A stretch of DNA of 64,000 nt. Origin: Actinomycetota bacterium. GTDB lineage: Bacteria > Actinomycetota > Acidimicrobiia > Actinomarinales > Actinomarinaceae. A model generated the notes under the pieces. That model was not told where the DNA came from. It worked only from the letters and a program-made list of their open reading frames with translations, and ran no database searches. The stretch spans positions 3,953-67,952 of the forward strand of contig JAAZZH010000003.1 of the NCBI GenBank assembly GCA_014239265.1. Reading direction: 5' to 3'. How positions within the stretch are numbered: the stretch's first letter is position 1; every line of letters begins with the position of its first letter. Of the stretch, positions 17,492 to 26,244 are shown piece by piece. The translations under genes and the position numbers were made by a program.

Positions 17492-17902
17492 CTAATTAGA
17501 AACACTTTCTGAATCTTCATTAATTTTTTTGATTAACGTGTCAGCTGCCATAGCTGCTGCATCATAAAGTGGATCTTTTCCATCAGAGTCCGTAAACTCT
17601 AACAAACTTTTATTGATTAACTCTTGTACCTGTTTTCCTTTTGCAAAGACAGTAGTTCCTTTTAAAGTGATTGCATCAACGATTATTTTTTGAGGATTTG
17701 CAGAGATAGCTAAATAAACTCTTTTACGACCCCATTTAGGTTGGTTTGTGCCAATAGCAACTGTTAAATTATCACCATGAAGTTCTTTAACTACATTCAA
17801 AAAGCTAACTGCTTGTTTTTTAGCAAGTTGCATTTGTAGAACCCACATACCAGCAAGTCCTAAAAATAATGCTCCTAATGCAATAGGTGAATCTAAAATA
17901 AT
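17492..17902 (-). CDS. gutM: Glucitol operon activator GutM-like protein (start extended to a probable ATT codon)
   Basis: The core ...GRKRVYLAISANPQKIIVDAITLKGTTVFAKGK... resembles E. coli GutM (RVVVAIALDDQQRIVDTLFMKGLTVFARPQK). The frame is open 21 codons upstream of the tracked ATG (17848); 18 of these follow the proposed ATT and encode the expected N-terminal TM helix. AAGGA lies 6 nt before ATT at 17902. Confidence 0.6.
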   Translation of the reverse strand: MILDSPIALGALFLGLAGMWVLQMQLAKKQAVSFLNVVKELHGDNLTVAIGTNQPKWGRKRVYLAISANPQKIIVDAITLKGTTVFAKGKQVQELINKSLLEFTDSDGKDPLYDAAAMAADTLIKKINEDSESVSN

Positions 17903-18020
17903 TGTTGTTCCTTACTTCCTACTTGTATTTTATATGTGAAGGGTTTTGGTTTGCAATTTTTACAAGTAAAAATTTTAATTTTACTGTAACGGGTTCAGGC
18001 TTGAATGCTATAGAAGTTTG

Positions 18021-18716
18021 CTAGTTTTCATCAGTAATTATTTTTTCAAGTTCAAAAATATCCTCGATAAAAGTTACTTTCATATTTTTTGGGTCTCCAG
18101 GAACTATTACTGCTTCTCTCCCAACATATTTAGAAACACATTCGGTCGTGTCCACAGCCTGCCAGTTGTCTATTTTTGCTAATTCGTAAGACTTCCATAA
18201 TTCATCAGCTGGAAAAACTTGAGGGGTTTGAATTTCTACAATTGTTTCCTCTTGAGAGTGATTTGTATCCGTATCACTCTTAATTGATAAATTTTTAGAA
18301 TTGAATCCTGGTGCTGATGCGCCATCTCTTTTTGCCACTTCAATAAGTTCATCTAGTAGATATAAAGGCAATAGAGGTCGTGCTCCGTCATGAATTAATA
18401 TCATGTCATCTTCGGAAACATTTCCTGAATTTTTTAGATACATAAGCCCTTCATATTCACTCTCATGTCTAGTTTTTCCACCAGTTGTTATGCCGACTAA
18501 TTTATTGGTTTCTACAAGCTCAATAACCGTATTTGTTTTTTCCCAATCCTCTTCACGTATTACAAGAAGAATTGAATCAACATATGTAGACTTTTCAAGA
18601 GTTTCTAAGGGCCAGCAGAGTGCTGGTTTTCTACCAACTGGAAAATATACTTTATTTTCCTCATCACTAAATCTATGACTAGAGCCACCAGCTAAGAGTA
18701 TTGCATGAGTCTTCAT
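18021..18716 (-). CDS. ispD: IspD-family cytidylyltransferase (MEP cytidylyltransferase or other polyol-phosphate cytidylyltransferase)
   Basis: LLAGGSSHRF, GGKTRHES, ILIHDGARPL, QTPQVF and NMKVTFIEDI motifs. ATGA overlap with the ptsI stop. Confidence 0.75.
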   Translation of the reverse strand: MKTHAILLAGGSSHRFSDEENKVYFPVGRKPALCWPLETLEKSTYVDSILLVIREEDWEKTNTVIELVETNKLVGITTGGKTRHESEYEGLMYLKNSGNVSEDDMILIHDGARPLLPLYLLDELIEVAKRDGASAPGFNSKNLSIKSDTDTNHSQEETIVEIQTPQVFPADELWKSYELAKIDNWQAVDTTECVSKYVGREAVIVPGDPKNMKVTFIEDIFELEKIITDEN

Positions 18717-20344
18717 ATCTCTAATTTGTTAATCTTATCTCTAACTTCTTGACTGTTTGTCGATTTCAGTATTTCAGATTTAAGATCTTCAGTGTTCATT
18801 GATTTTAATTTAATCAGTTTTTCAAAAACAAAAGGTGCAGCAGATGAAGACATACTAAATTTTCGGAGTCCTAATACATATAAAGCTACTGCAGAAATTG
18901 GGTCTGAAGCCATCTCTCCACACACAGAAACTTCTTTACTTTGTTCTTTGCTTACACTGAAAACATTTTCTAATACTCTTAATATTGCAGGGTGTAGAGA
19001 ATCTTGATATTCAATTAGATTAGGATTTCCTCTATCCGCAGCCATAATGTACTGTGTTAAGTCATTCGTTCCAATAGAGAAAAAATCAACATGTTGTGCA
19101 AAATCTTCTACGAGAATTGTTGAAGAGGGAGTTTCAATCATAATCCCAACTTCGGGCATTTTTTTTCCTAAGTTTTCAGCGATTTCTTCAATTATAATTT
19201 TGCTTTTTAAAAAGTCTTCTATGGTTGAAATCATTGGAAACATTATCTTTACACGATGAGCATCCCTAGATGTAAGGATTGATTCGATTTGAGATCTATA
19301 TAGTTCTTCGATTTGAAGAGATAAACGAATGCCTCTTACACCTAAAAATGGATTTTCTTCAACAGGCAAACTTAGGTAATCTACTTGTTTATCTCCACCT
19401 ATGTCTAAGGTCCTGTAGGTAATTGTTCCGCTAAATTTATCTTGTATTTTCTCTAATATATCCCTCTGTTCATCAATGGTCGGAATGGATGACCTATCTA
19501 AATAAATAAACTCGGATCGGAAAAGTCCAATGGAGTTTAAAAAAGCATGACTAAATGACTCTATCTCTTCCCCAGAGCCAACATTGATTAAAAACTCAAA
19601 ATCTTGGTTTTTGTATTCAGATAAAGTAAAACTATTTTTAACTTCCTCTTCTCGTTTTTTTGTCTCATTCAAACTCTCTATTACATCTTTATCTGGATTA
19701 ATATTTAACTTTCCAGTAGCCCCATTAAGTGCAATTAAGTCATCATTCTTTATCTCTTCTATGCTTTCTCCAACACCAATAACACATGGGATGCCCAAGT
19801 TTTTTGCAACAATAACTGCATGAGAAGTTGGGCCACCATCTCTAAGGATAATGCCAGTAACGTTTGCCATATTCATTGAGGATGTATCCGCAGGTGTTAA
19901 GTCATCTGCGACTAAAACAGAGTTTTCTTTTAGTTCAACTTTTATCTCTTTCTCCTGCATTGTATTTATTAAATGTTTACCAACTGAAATTATGTCTTCC
20001 GCTCTTTGTTTGAAATACTCATCTTCCATGCTTGCTAATATATTTGAACTAGAGTCGAAGATATTATAAATTTCTTTTACTGATGATTGATTTTCAGCTG
20101 TAATTTGTCCTGTGATTTCTGGGTCTTTAAGAATTAAAATATAGGCATCTAATACTTCGGCTTCTTCATTTCTGTTATTATTTTTAAAATCTTCAATCTG
20201 TGACTGAAATTTTGAAGTAAGTTTTTTAACTGCCTCATTAAATGCAATTTTACTCTCTGCGTTAAGGTCAATCTTATTTTGATAAACGAAGGCATTTCCA
20301 ATACAACTTCCTATAGATACACCATTTCCGTTAACACTTTTCAT
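18713..20344 (-). CDS. ptsI: Phosphoenolpyruvate-protein phosphotransferase (PTS Enzyme I)
   Basis: GGPTSHAVIVAKNLGIPCV (phospho-His region), FFSIGTNDLTQY, CGEMA. Confidence 0.9.
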   Translation of the reverse strand: MKSVNGNGVSIGSCIGNAFVYQNKIDLNAESKIAFNEAVKKLTSKFQSQIEDFKNNNRNEEAEVLDAYILILKDPEITGQITAENQSSVKEIYNIFDSSSNILASMEDEYFKQRAEDIISVGKHLINTMQEKEIKVELKENSVLVADDLTPADTSSMNMANVTGIILRDGGPTSHAVIVAKNLGIPCVIGVGESIEEIKNDDLIALNGATGKLNINPDKDVIESLNETKKREEEVKNSFTLSEYKNQDFEFLINVGSGEEIESFSHAFLNSIGLFRSEFIYLDRSSIPTIDEQRDILEKIQDKFSGTITYRTLDIGGDKQVDYLSLPVEENPFLGVRGIRLSLQIEELYRSQIESILTSRDAHRVKIMFPMISTIEDFLKSKIIIEEIAENLGKKMPEVGIMIETPSSTILVEDFAQHVDFFSIGTNDLTQYIMAADRGNPNLIEYQDSLHPAILRVLENVFSVSKEQSKEVSVCGEMASDPISAVALYVLGLRKFSMSSSAAPFVFEKLIKLKSMNTEDLKSEILKSTNSQEVRDKINKLEI

Positions 20345-20418
20345 TATTTCATCAAGTTACACGGAAAAAAAGGTTTTTGCAATGTTGGATTACTTCAAAA
20401 TCACATTATTTTTAATAT

Positions 20419-20883
20419 ATGAAATATTTACTTCTAAATTTCAAAGAGATGCCAACATATGGTTGGATTGAATACTCTGAAGAAAAAGGGCTCGTTCTAT
20501 CTGAGCAAGAGATGTTCGGTAGTTTTCTAGACATAAAAGATTTGGTCAACAACAATACTTGTATCGTTGTTGATACACTCGCAACCGATGAACCTACTCT
20601 TTCCATCTCACTGGAGAATATACTAAAGTCAAATTACTCTATTACAACACAAAAGGTAACCAACGCTTTAAAAAAGATTGACTCTACAGGTAAAGTGGTC
20701 AGTCATCTCAATAGGGAAAACTATCAGAGACTTTCAACTCCGATTAAGGCAAGTGGCCGTTCAATCATTGAATACTTTGATGATTACTCTTCATGGGATT
20801 TTGAAAAATACTTAAAGTTAAACAACCACTCCTATAAAGATTATCAAACTTTTGAGGCTGAATTAATCCTGAAGTCAAAGTAG
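20419..20883 (+). CDS. Hypothetical protein with weak resemblance to the C-terminal half of IspD-family enzymes
   Basis: The only sizeable ORF covering this 0.5-kb stretch. The segment VTNALKKIDSTGKVVSHLNRENYQRLSTP loosely parallels IspD V.DT.K......I..TVDR..LW..QTP. No nucleotide-binding N-terminus. Confidence 0.35.
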   Translation: MKYLLLNFKEMPTYGWIEYSEEKGLVLSEQEMFGSFLDIKDLVNNNTCIVVDTLATDEPTLSISLENILKSNYSITTQKVTNALKKIDSTGKVVSHLNRENYQRLSTPIKASGRSIIEYFDDYSSWDFEKYLKLNNHSYKDYQTFEAELILKSK

Positions 20884-21695
20884 ATTTGACCAATACCTAC
20901 TAATAAAACTAAAATAAAGCCTACTAACTGTTTAGAGGATAAGTTCTCATTAAGTAAAAAAGCTCCCAAGATAACCCCCGTAACTGGTTCTAAATAAGAA
21001 ATTGTGCTGACAGCTATAGGTTTAATTACTTTTACAACGTACCAATAGGTTGTAAGGCCTACACCTGTCAAAAAGAATCCAAGAAAAATACTGACTGCAA
21101 AATTTTCAATCAACCACTCTCTTGATTCATAAGTAAACTTAATAAGAATAATAGAAGCAACTAACAGCTGAGAAAAAGCCACTTTTAGTCCTCCTAGTTG
21201 TGAACTAAATTTTTCCCCAATAATTATTATCAAAGACAAACTAATAGCACTTATTAGTCCATAAAAAATTCCCTCCAGCGAAATAATATTTGAAATATCT
21301 AAAAGAAAATACAGACCAATAAAGCCGATAGAAATTAGAAAAACTTGATAACTTTTTGGTTTATTCCCACGTAAGAATTCAAATAGTAAAACAAAAAGAG
21401 GGTACGAAAAAACTAATCCTATGCCGACTGCAATAGAGTTTAATTCAATTGACTCAAACATTGTCACCCAATGAATCGCAAGAAGTGGTCCTAAGATTAA
21501 TCCTGGTTTAATGAGCTCTTTTATATTGAGATTTTTTCTTAACAATAAAGTAGCGAGGAAAAATGTTCCTAGAAATGTTCGTATTCCGACAAGAGATATA
21601 GAGGTAATATCAGATGTCCGTATTATTAATGGAATTGTTCCCCAAGAAATAGCTAATAAAATTATTCCCGAATAGGCTTTTGTTGTCGGTTTCAT
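20844..21695 (-). CDS. EamA/DMT-family transporter
   Basis: 10-TM protein with two EamA-like halves. Confidence 0.75.
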   Translation of the reverse strand: MKPTTKAYSGIILLAISWGTIPLIIRTSDITSISLVGIRTFLGTFFLATLLLRKNLNIKELIKPGLILGPLLAIHWVTMFESIELNSIAVGIGLVFSYPLFVLLFEFLRGNKPKSYQVFLISIGFIGLYFLLDISNIISLEGIFYGLISAISLSLIIIIGEKFSSQLGGLKVAFSQLLVASIILIKFTYESREWLIENFAVSIFLGFFLTGVGLTTYWYVVKVIKPIAVSTISYLEPVTGVILGAFLLNENLSSKQLVGFILVLLVGIGQIYFDFRINSASKV

Positions 21696-23051
21696 TTACT
21701 CAGATTGATTTGAGTAATTTGTAAATTGAGTATATTCCTTGCTGAAATAGAGGTCAACTTTACCAGTTGAACCTGATCTGTTTTTAACAATATTAATTTC
21801 TGCAACACCTGGTTTTTCAGTCGCAGGATTATAATAATCATCTCGATAAATCATCATTACAATGTCGGCATCTTGCTCAATTGCACCAGACTCTCTTAAA
21901 TCTCCTAGTCTTGGTCTCTTGTCTTCTCTAGCTTCTGCTGCCCTGTTTAGCTGAGAAAGGGCAATTATTGGTACTTTTAATTCTCTTGCTAAACCTTTTA
22001 AATTTCTGCTGATTTCAGCAATTTCTTGTTGTCTATTGTCGCCGGAATTGCCTTGCATTAGCTGAATGTAGTCAACGACTATTAAGTCTAGTTTCTTAGA
22101 TGCTTTTAGCCTTCTAGATTTTGCTCTAATGTCTGTAACAGTAATGACGGAAGCATCATCAAAATACAGTGGCATTGTGTTTACTTTCGATGCAGCTTCG
22201 ACAACTCTTGACCATTTTTCTGGACCAAGTTGACCTTTTCTTGCATCTCCGGAGGCTACTTTTGCTTCTGAGAATAAAACTCTTTGAACTAATTCTTCTT
22301 TTGTCATTTCAAGAGAGAAAAAAGCAACTGTTTTATTTTCTTTCGCAGCATTAGTTGCAATATTAAGTGCTAGAGATGATTTACCCATGCTTGGTCGAGC
22401 AGCAATAATGATTAAGTTACCATCTTGTAATCCAGCTAAGGTGTTATCTAGATCAACGAAGTGGGTTGGTAAACCCGAAAGTCCGGTACCTTGATTTTCA
22501 ATTTCCTCGATCTGCTCGATTGCTTCATTTAGAAAATCTGCAACACCAATTAAACCGTCACCAATAGCATCATCTGAGGCATTAAATATTGATTGCTCTG
22601 CTTCATCCATAACTGAAGAGATGTCTTTATCTAAGGTGTATGCAAGCAGTTCGATTCTTCCACTGGCTTTTAGTAACTTTCTTCTATTCGAGTGTTCTAG
22701 TACAATTTCAATATATCTTTCAAAGTTTGCTGAACTGGGAACATTTTCAACCAAACGGGCAATATATGAAGCATTTAAACTTGTCGTATTCTTATTTTTG
22801 AATACGACTTCAGAAACCGTCACACTGTCGATAGGTTTTCCAGAATCAAATAATTCCTTCATAGCCTCAAATATTTTTTCATTATTTGGGCTATAGAAAT
22901 CTCCGGGCTTTATTGCCTCCATTAGTCTATTTGAGGCATCCCTTGATAAAAGTGCGCTACCTAAAAGAGCTTCTTCTGCTTCAATACTACTTGGTGGAGC
23001 TTTTTGAACTCCAAATGAGTCACTGGATGAAACTGCTTCTGGTCCAGCCAT
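21696..23051 (-). CDS. dnaB: Replicative DNA helicase
   Basis: PPSSIEAEEALLGS N-terminus, Walker A ARPSMGKSS, LSQLNR. Conserved position after rplI. Confidence 0.92.
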   Translation of the reverse strand: MAGPEAVSSSDSFGVQKAPPSSIEAEEALLGSALLSRDASNRLMEAIKPGDFYSPNNEKIFEAMKELFDSGKPIDSVTVSEVVFKNKNTTSLNASYIARLVENVPSSANFERYIEIVLEHSNRRKLLKASGRIELLAYTLDKDISSVMDEAEQSIFNASDDAIGDGLIGVADFLNEAIEQIEEIENQGTGLSGLPTHFVDLDNTLAGLQDGNLIIIAARPSMGKSSLALNIATNAAKENKTVAFFSLEMTKEELVQRVLFSEAKVASGDARKGQLGPEKWSRVVEAASKVNTMPLYFDDASVITVTDIRAKSRRLKASKKLDLIVVDYIQLMQGNSGDNRQQEIAEISRNLKGLARELKVPIIALSQLNRAAEAREDKRPRLGDLRESGAIEQDADIVMMIYRDDYYNPATEKPGVAEINIVKNRSGSTGKVDLYFSKEYTQFTNYSNQSE

Positions 23052-23503
23052 TATTTTGTTTCAGGAACTATTTCCAAAGTTACGTCAAAATTGACATCTA
23101 AACTTAGTTGTATTTTGACTGTATGTAAACCAATCTCTTTTACCTGATTTTCTACAATAACCTGATTTTCTTCTAATTTAAATGTTGAAAATTTTTCAAT
23201 TGATTCAATTATTTGAGCATTAGTTACAGCCGCATATAATGTTCCTTCATCAGTTGAGTTTTGAGCTATAACTAAATGTGCATCTGCTAGTGCTTGCTGA
23301 ATAGAATCAGCTAGTTGGCTGCTTTCTTCAAGTACTGCCTGTCTCTTTTCTTGCATTCTCTCAGCAATTGTTACATTTTTTGCTGTAGCTACCATAGCCA
23401 TATTTTTTGGTATTAAGTAGTTGCGAGCATAACCTTTAGCAACATTTATAATATCGCCCTTGCGACCTAACTTGGATATGTCTTGTTTAAGTATTAACTT
23501 CAT
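23051..23503 (-). CDS. rplI: 50S ribosomal protein L9
   Basis: MKLILKQDISKLGRKGDIINVAKGYARNYLIPK is the canonical L9 N-terminus. Confidence 0.92.
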   Translation of the reverse strand: MKLILKQDISKLGRKGDIINVAKGYARNYLIPKNMAMVATAKNVTIAERMQEKRQAVLEESSQLADSIQQALADAHLVIAQNSTDEGTLYAAVTNAQIIESIEKFSTFKLEENQVIVENQVKEIGLHTVKIQLSLDVNFDVTLEIVPETK

Positions 23504-23790
23504 CGTCTGTTATAAGATTGTTTGTAAGTACTTGTTGTTACATATGGAAGTAGCGCAAGTTCTCTTGCAACTTTAACAAGACGTGCTACTTTAGCTTGTT
23601 CCTGTTTTGTAATTCCTGTAATCAAACTTGATCTTATTTTACCTCTGTCTGATACGAATTTTTCTAATAGCTTTACATCTTTATATGTAGCTCTTGAAAT
23701 TTGTTCTTTTGTTACTCTTCTTGGTTTCGGTGCCTCATATTTTGAAGCCTTAAACTTTGGAGCTCTTTTTTGACCTTGTGCTTGTCCCAT
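23500..23790 (-). CDS. rpsR: 30S ribosomal protein S18
   Basis: YKDVKLLEKFVSDRGKI..S..TG...KQ..........AR.LALLPY. Confidence 0.92.
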   Translation of the reverse strand: MGQAQGQKRAPKFKASKYEAPKPRRVTKEQISRATYKDVKLLEKFVSDRGKIRSSLITGITKQEQAKVARLVKVARELALLPYVTTSTYKQSYNRR

Positions 23791-23801
23791 TTACATACCT
23801 C

Positions 23802-24227
23802 CTAAAATGGTGCTTCGTTCTCTTCAAAATTATCTCTAGCTTTTGGCATATCTGAAGATCCTGAAGAGCCTGAATCTACACTTGCTGTTGCCCACTTTAG
23901 AGCTGGTCCGATTTCATCAATCACAATGGAGACTTTTGATCGATTTCCACCTTGCTGATCTTCCCAAGTTGAATAATTAAGTTTTCCAACAATTATTACT
24001 CTCATACCTTTTGTTAAAGATGAACTTACATTTTCAGCTTGTTGTCCAAAAACTACACCGCTGAAGTATTGTGGGTCATCATCAACATTTACCCATTCAC
24101 CATCCGTAAATCTTCGTTTTTTAGGTCCTGCAAAGTTGATATCAAGGACTGACATTCCCGAATTTGTTGTTCTTAGTTCAGGATCCATTGTTATGGTTCC
24201 AACTATTGTTACTGTATTATCTACCAT
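23802..24227 (-). CDS. ssb: Single-stranded DNA-binding protein
   Basis: OB-fold N-terminus (NTVTIVGTIT.DPELR) and the acidic C-terminal tip ...EENEAPF. Confidence 0.9.
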   Translation of the reverse strand: MVDNTVTIVGTITMDPELRTTNSGMSVLDINFAGPKKRRFTDGEWVNVDDDPQYFSGVVFGQQAENVSSSLTKGMRVIIVGKLNYSTWEDQQGGNRSKVSIVIDEIGPALKWATASVDSGSSGSSDMPKARDNFEENEAPF

Positions 24228-24237
24228 GTTTATACCT

Positions 24238-24543
24238 CTAGCTTTCCATCTTTAAGACTTTGTGTCTAATCACATCATCAGATATTTTTAGCACTCTATC
24301 AAGTTCACTTGGCACTGTTGGAGGTGCTTCAAAGGTTGTTATAGAATAGATACCTTCATTAAAAGTTTCTATTTGATAAGCAAGTTTTCTTTTTTGCCAA
24401 ACACCTTGCTCTGAAATTGAACCACCATTGGTAGTAATTATTTCAGTAATATTATTGTGAATTTCTTCAACAAGACTGTCGTCTGCTGTAGGTCTTACGA
24501 TTGAGACCAAGTCATATTTAGTCATTTTCTCTCCTATGGACAC
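24238..24543 (-). CDS. rpsF: 30S ribosomal protein S6
   Basis: YDLVSIVRP..., WQKRKLAYQI and the rpsF-ssb-rpsR-rplI order. Confidence 0.9.
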   Translation of the reverse strand: MSIGEKMTKYDLVSIVRPTADDSLVEEIHNNITEIITTNGGSISEQGVWQKRKLAYQIETFNEGIYSITTFEAPPTVPSELDRVLKISDDVIRHKVLKMES

Positions 24544-24545
24544 TT

Positions 24546-24572
24546 GTACGTGGCTTCTTTTGAAGCAGGTAC
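24546..24572 (-). promoter_or_regulatory. Hairpin in the rpsF 5' leader (possible S6:S18 autoregulatory leader)
   Basis: Minus strand GTAC-CT-GCTTC-AAAA-GAAGC-CAC-GTAC directly upstream of the rpsF SD (AGGAGAG). A TATAAG -10-like box lies just upstream. Confidence 0.3.
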
Positions 24573-24597
24573 CTTATAATTTAATACTAGAAATAGC

Positions 24598-25461
24598 TTA
24601 TGACAGAATTTTTTTAATTTCTTTTTTCCATTCTTCTAGGGATTCTTGTAAATCTGCTCCCATGGCATAAGAATGATCTTCAGTTGGAAATTCATTATTT
24701 TGGACCTCAGATTTATAATTCTTAAGTGCCTCAACAGTGTCTTCATATTGCTTTGAATATCTTTTAACAAATTTAGCATCTACATATTCCTTTGACTTCA
24801 TTCCCAAAATATCGTGAAGTACAAGTACCTGTCCATCTGTGAATTTACCAGCACCTATACCAATTGTTGGTATGGTAATTGCATCAGAAATTGATTCAGC
24901 AACTATAGAGGGTACACCCTCAAGTACCATTGAAAAGCAACCTAGTTCTTGTAGAAGGAGGGCATCTTCAAATAATTTCTTAGCCAACTCGAGTGTTTTA
25001 CCCTGTACCTTGTAGCCACCCATCATGTTTTTGGACTGGGGAGTAAGTCCTAGATGACCCATTACTGGTATTTCTGCATTTACTAAGGCCTCTATGGTGT
25101 CTTTTCTTTTTGACCCACCTTCAACTTTTACAGCATCAGCTTTTCCTATTTGTATAAACTTTGCTGCATTCCTTAAGGTGTCTTCTGCTCCTATGTGATA
25201 GGACATATAAGGCATGTCAGCCACTACGAGTGAATTTGGCTTTGCATTACTCACTGCCTTTACATGATGTAGCATTTCTTCAACTGTAACTGAAAGCGTG
25301 TCTTCGTGACCCAAGACTACTTGAGCAAGAGAATCTCCAATTAAAATAACATCAATATCTGCTTCGGAAGCAGCTTTTGCTGAGGGGTAATCATAGGCCG
25401 TAACCATTGAGATATTCTGATTGTTTTTTAAATTTACAATATAAGGTACTGTTTTTTTCAT
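24598..25461 (-). CDS. panB: 3-methyl-2-oxobutanoate hydroxymethyltransferase
   Basis: MVTAYDYPSA, ILIGDSLAQVVLGH, KVEGG and GHLGLTPQS motifs. Confidence 0.9.
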   Translation of the reverse strand: MKKTVPYIVNLKNNQNISMVTAYDYPSAKAASEADIDVILIGDSLAQVVLGHEDTLSVTVEEMLHHVKAVSNAKPNSLVVADMPYMSYHIGAEDTLRNAAKFIQIGKADAVKVEGGSKRKDTIEALVNAEIPVMGHLGLTPQSKNMMGGYKVQGKTLELAKKLFEDALLLQELGCFSMVLEGVPSIVAESISDAITIPTIGIGAGKFTDGQVLVLHDILGMKSKEYVDAKFVKRYSKQYEDTVEALKNYKSEVQNNEFPTEDHSYAMGADLQESLEEWKKEIKKILS

Positions 25462-25605
25462 TTTTCCTCTCTCCGCTTTAAAAGTCGAAGGATTAATATA
25501 ATTTTATTATTTTTACATAATTAAGCAACTCTTAATTTAATAACTGAGATATATATCATTTTTTGTAGTTTACGATTCTAATTATTATGCAATAACATTC
25601 ATAAT

Positions 25606-26244
25606 ATGAAGTTTTTAAAATTCGCACTCTTATTAATATTGATATCATGCACAGCAACATTAGAAACTGCTGAGAAAGAGATAATTATGACAACTGAAAA
25701 TGAAAAATCAACTGATACTGGAAATCAAAAAGCATATTTTGCCGGTGGATGTTTTTGGTGCATGGAGCCACCTTTCGAAGCATTAGACGGAGTTCTCGGT
25801 GCAACTTCTGGATATATGGGTGGCACAACGGAAAATCCTACCTACGAAGATGTCGTAACTGGAGAAACTGGGCATGCAGAAGTTGTGGAAATATTATATG
25901 ATCCAAATGTCGTCACTTACGAAGAGCTTCTTGAGGTGTTTTGGAGAAATATTGATCCAACTGCTCTGAATTATCAGTTTGCAGATGTTGGCTCACAATA
26001 TAGAACTGAAATTTTTACTGTAGGAGAAGATCAAATGCAGGCTGCTGAAACCTCTAAAAAAGAACTTGGTGATTCAGGAAAATTTGATAAACCTATAGTG
26101 ACTGCAATCTCTGCTGCACCTAAATTTTATATTGCTGAGGAATATCATCAGGATTTCTATAAAAAACAAGCCATGCGATATGAAATGTACGCAAAGGCTA
26201 GCGGACGAAAAGGATATATTGAAGATACCTGGGGTGACGACTAA
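25606..26244 (+). CDS. msrA: Peptide-methionine (S)-S-oxide reductase, lipoprotein-type signal
   Basis: AYFAGGCFWCMEPPF active site, GHAEVV and YHQ.F. The N-terminal LILISC is a lipobox-like signal. Confidence 0.88.
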   Translation: MKFLKFALLLILISCTATLETAEKEIIMTTENEKSTDTGNQKAYFAGGCFWCMEPPFEALDGVLGATSGYMGGTTENPTYEDVVTGETGHAEVVEILYDPNVVTYEELLEVFWRNIDPTALNYQFADVGSQYRTEIFTVGEDQMQAAETSKKELGDSGKFDKPIVTAISAAPKFYIAEEYHQDFYKKQAMRYEMYAKASGRKGYIEDTWGDD

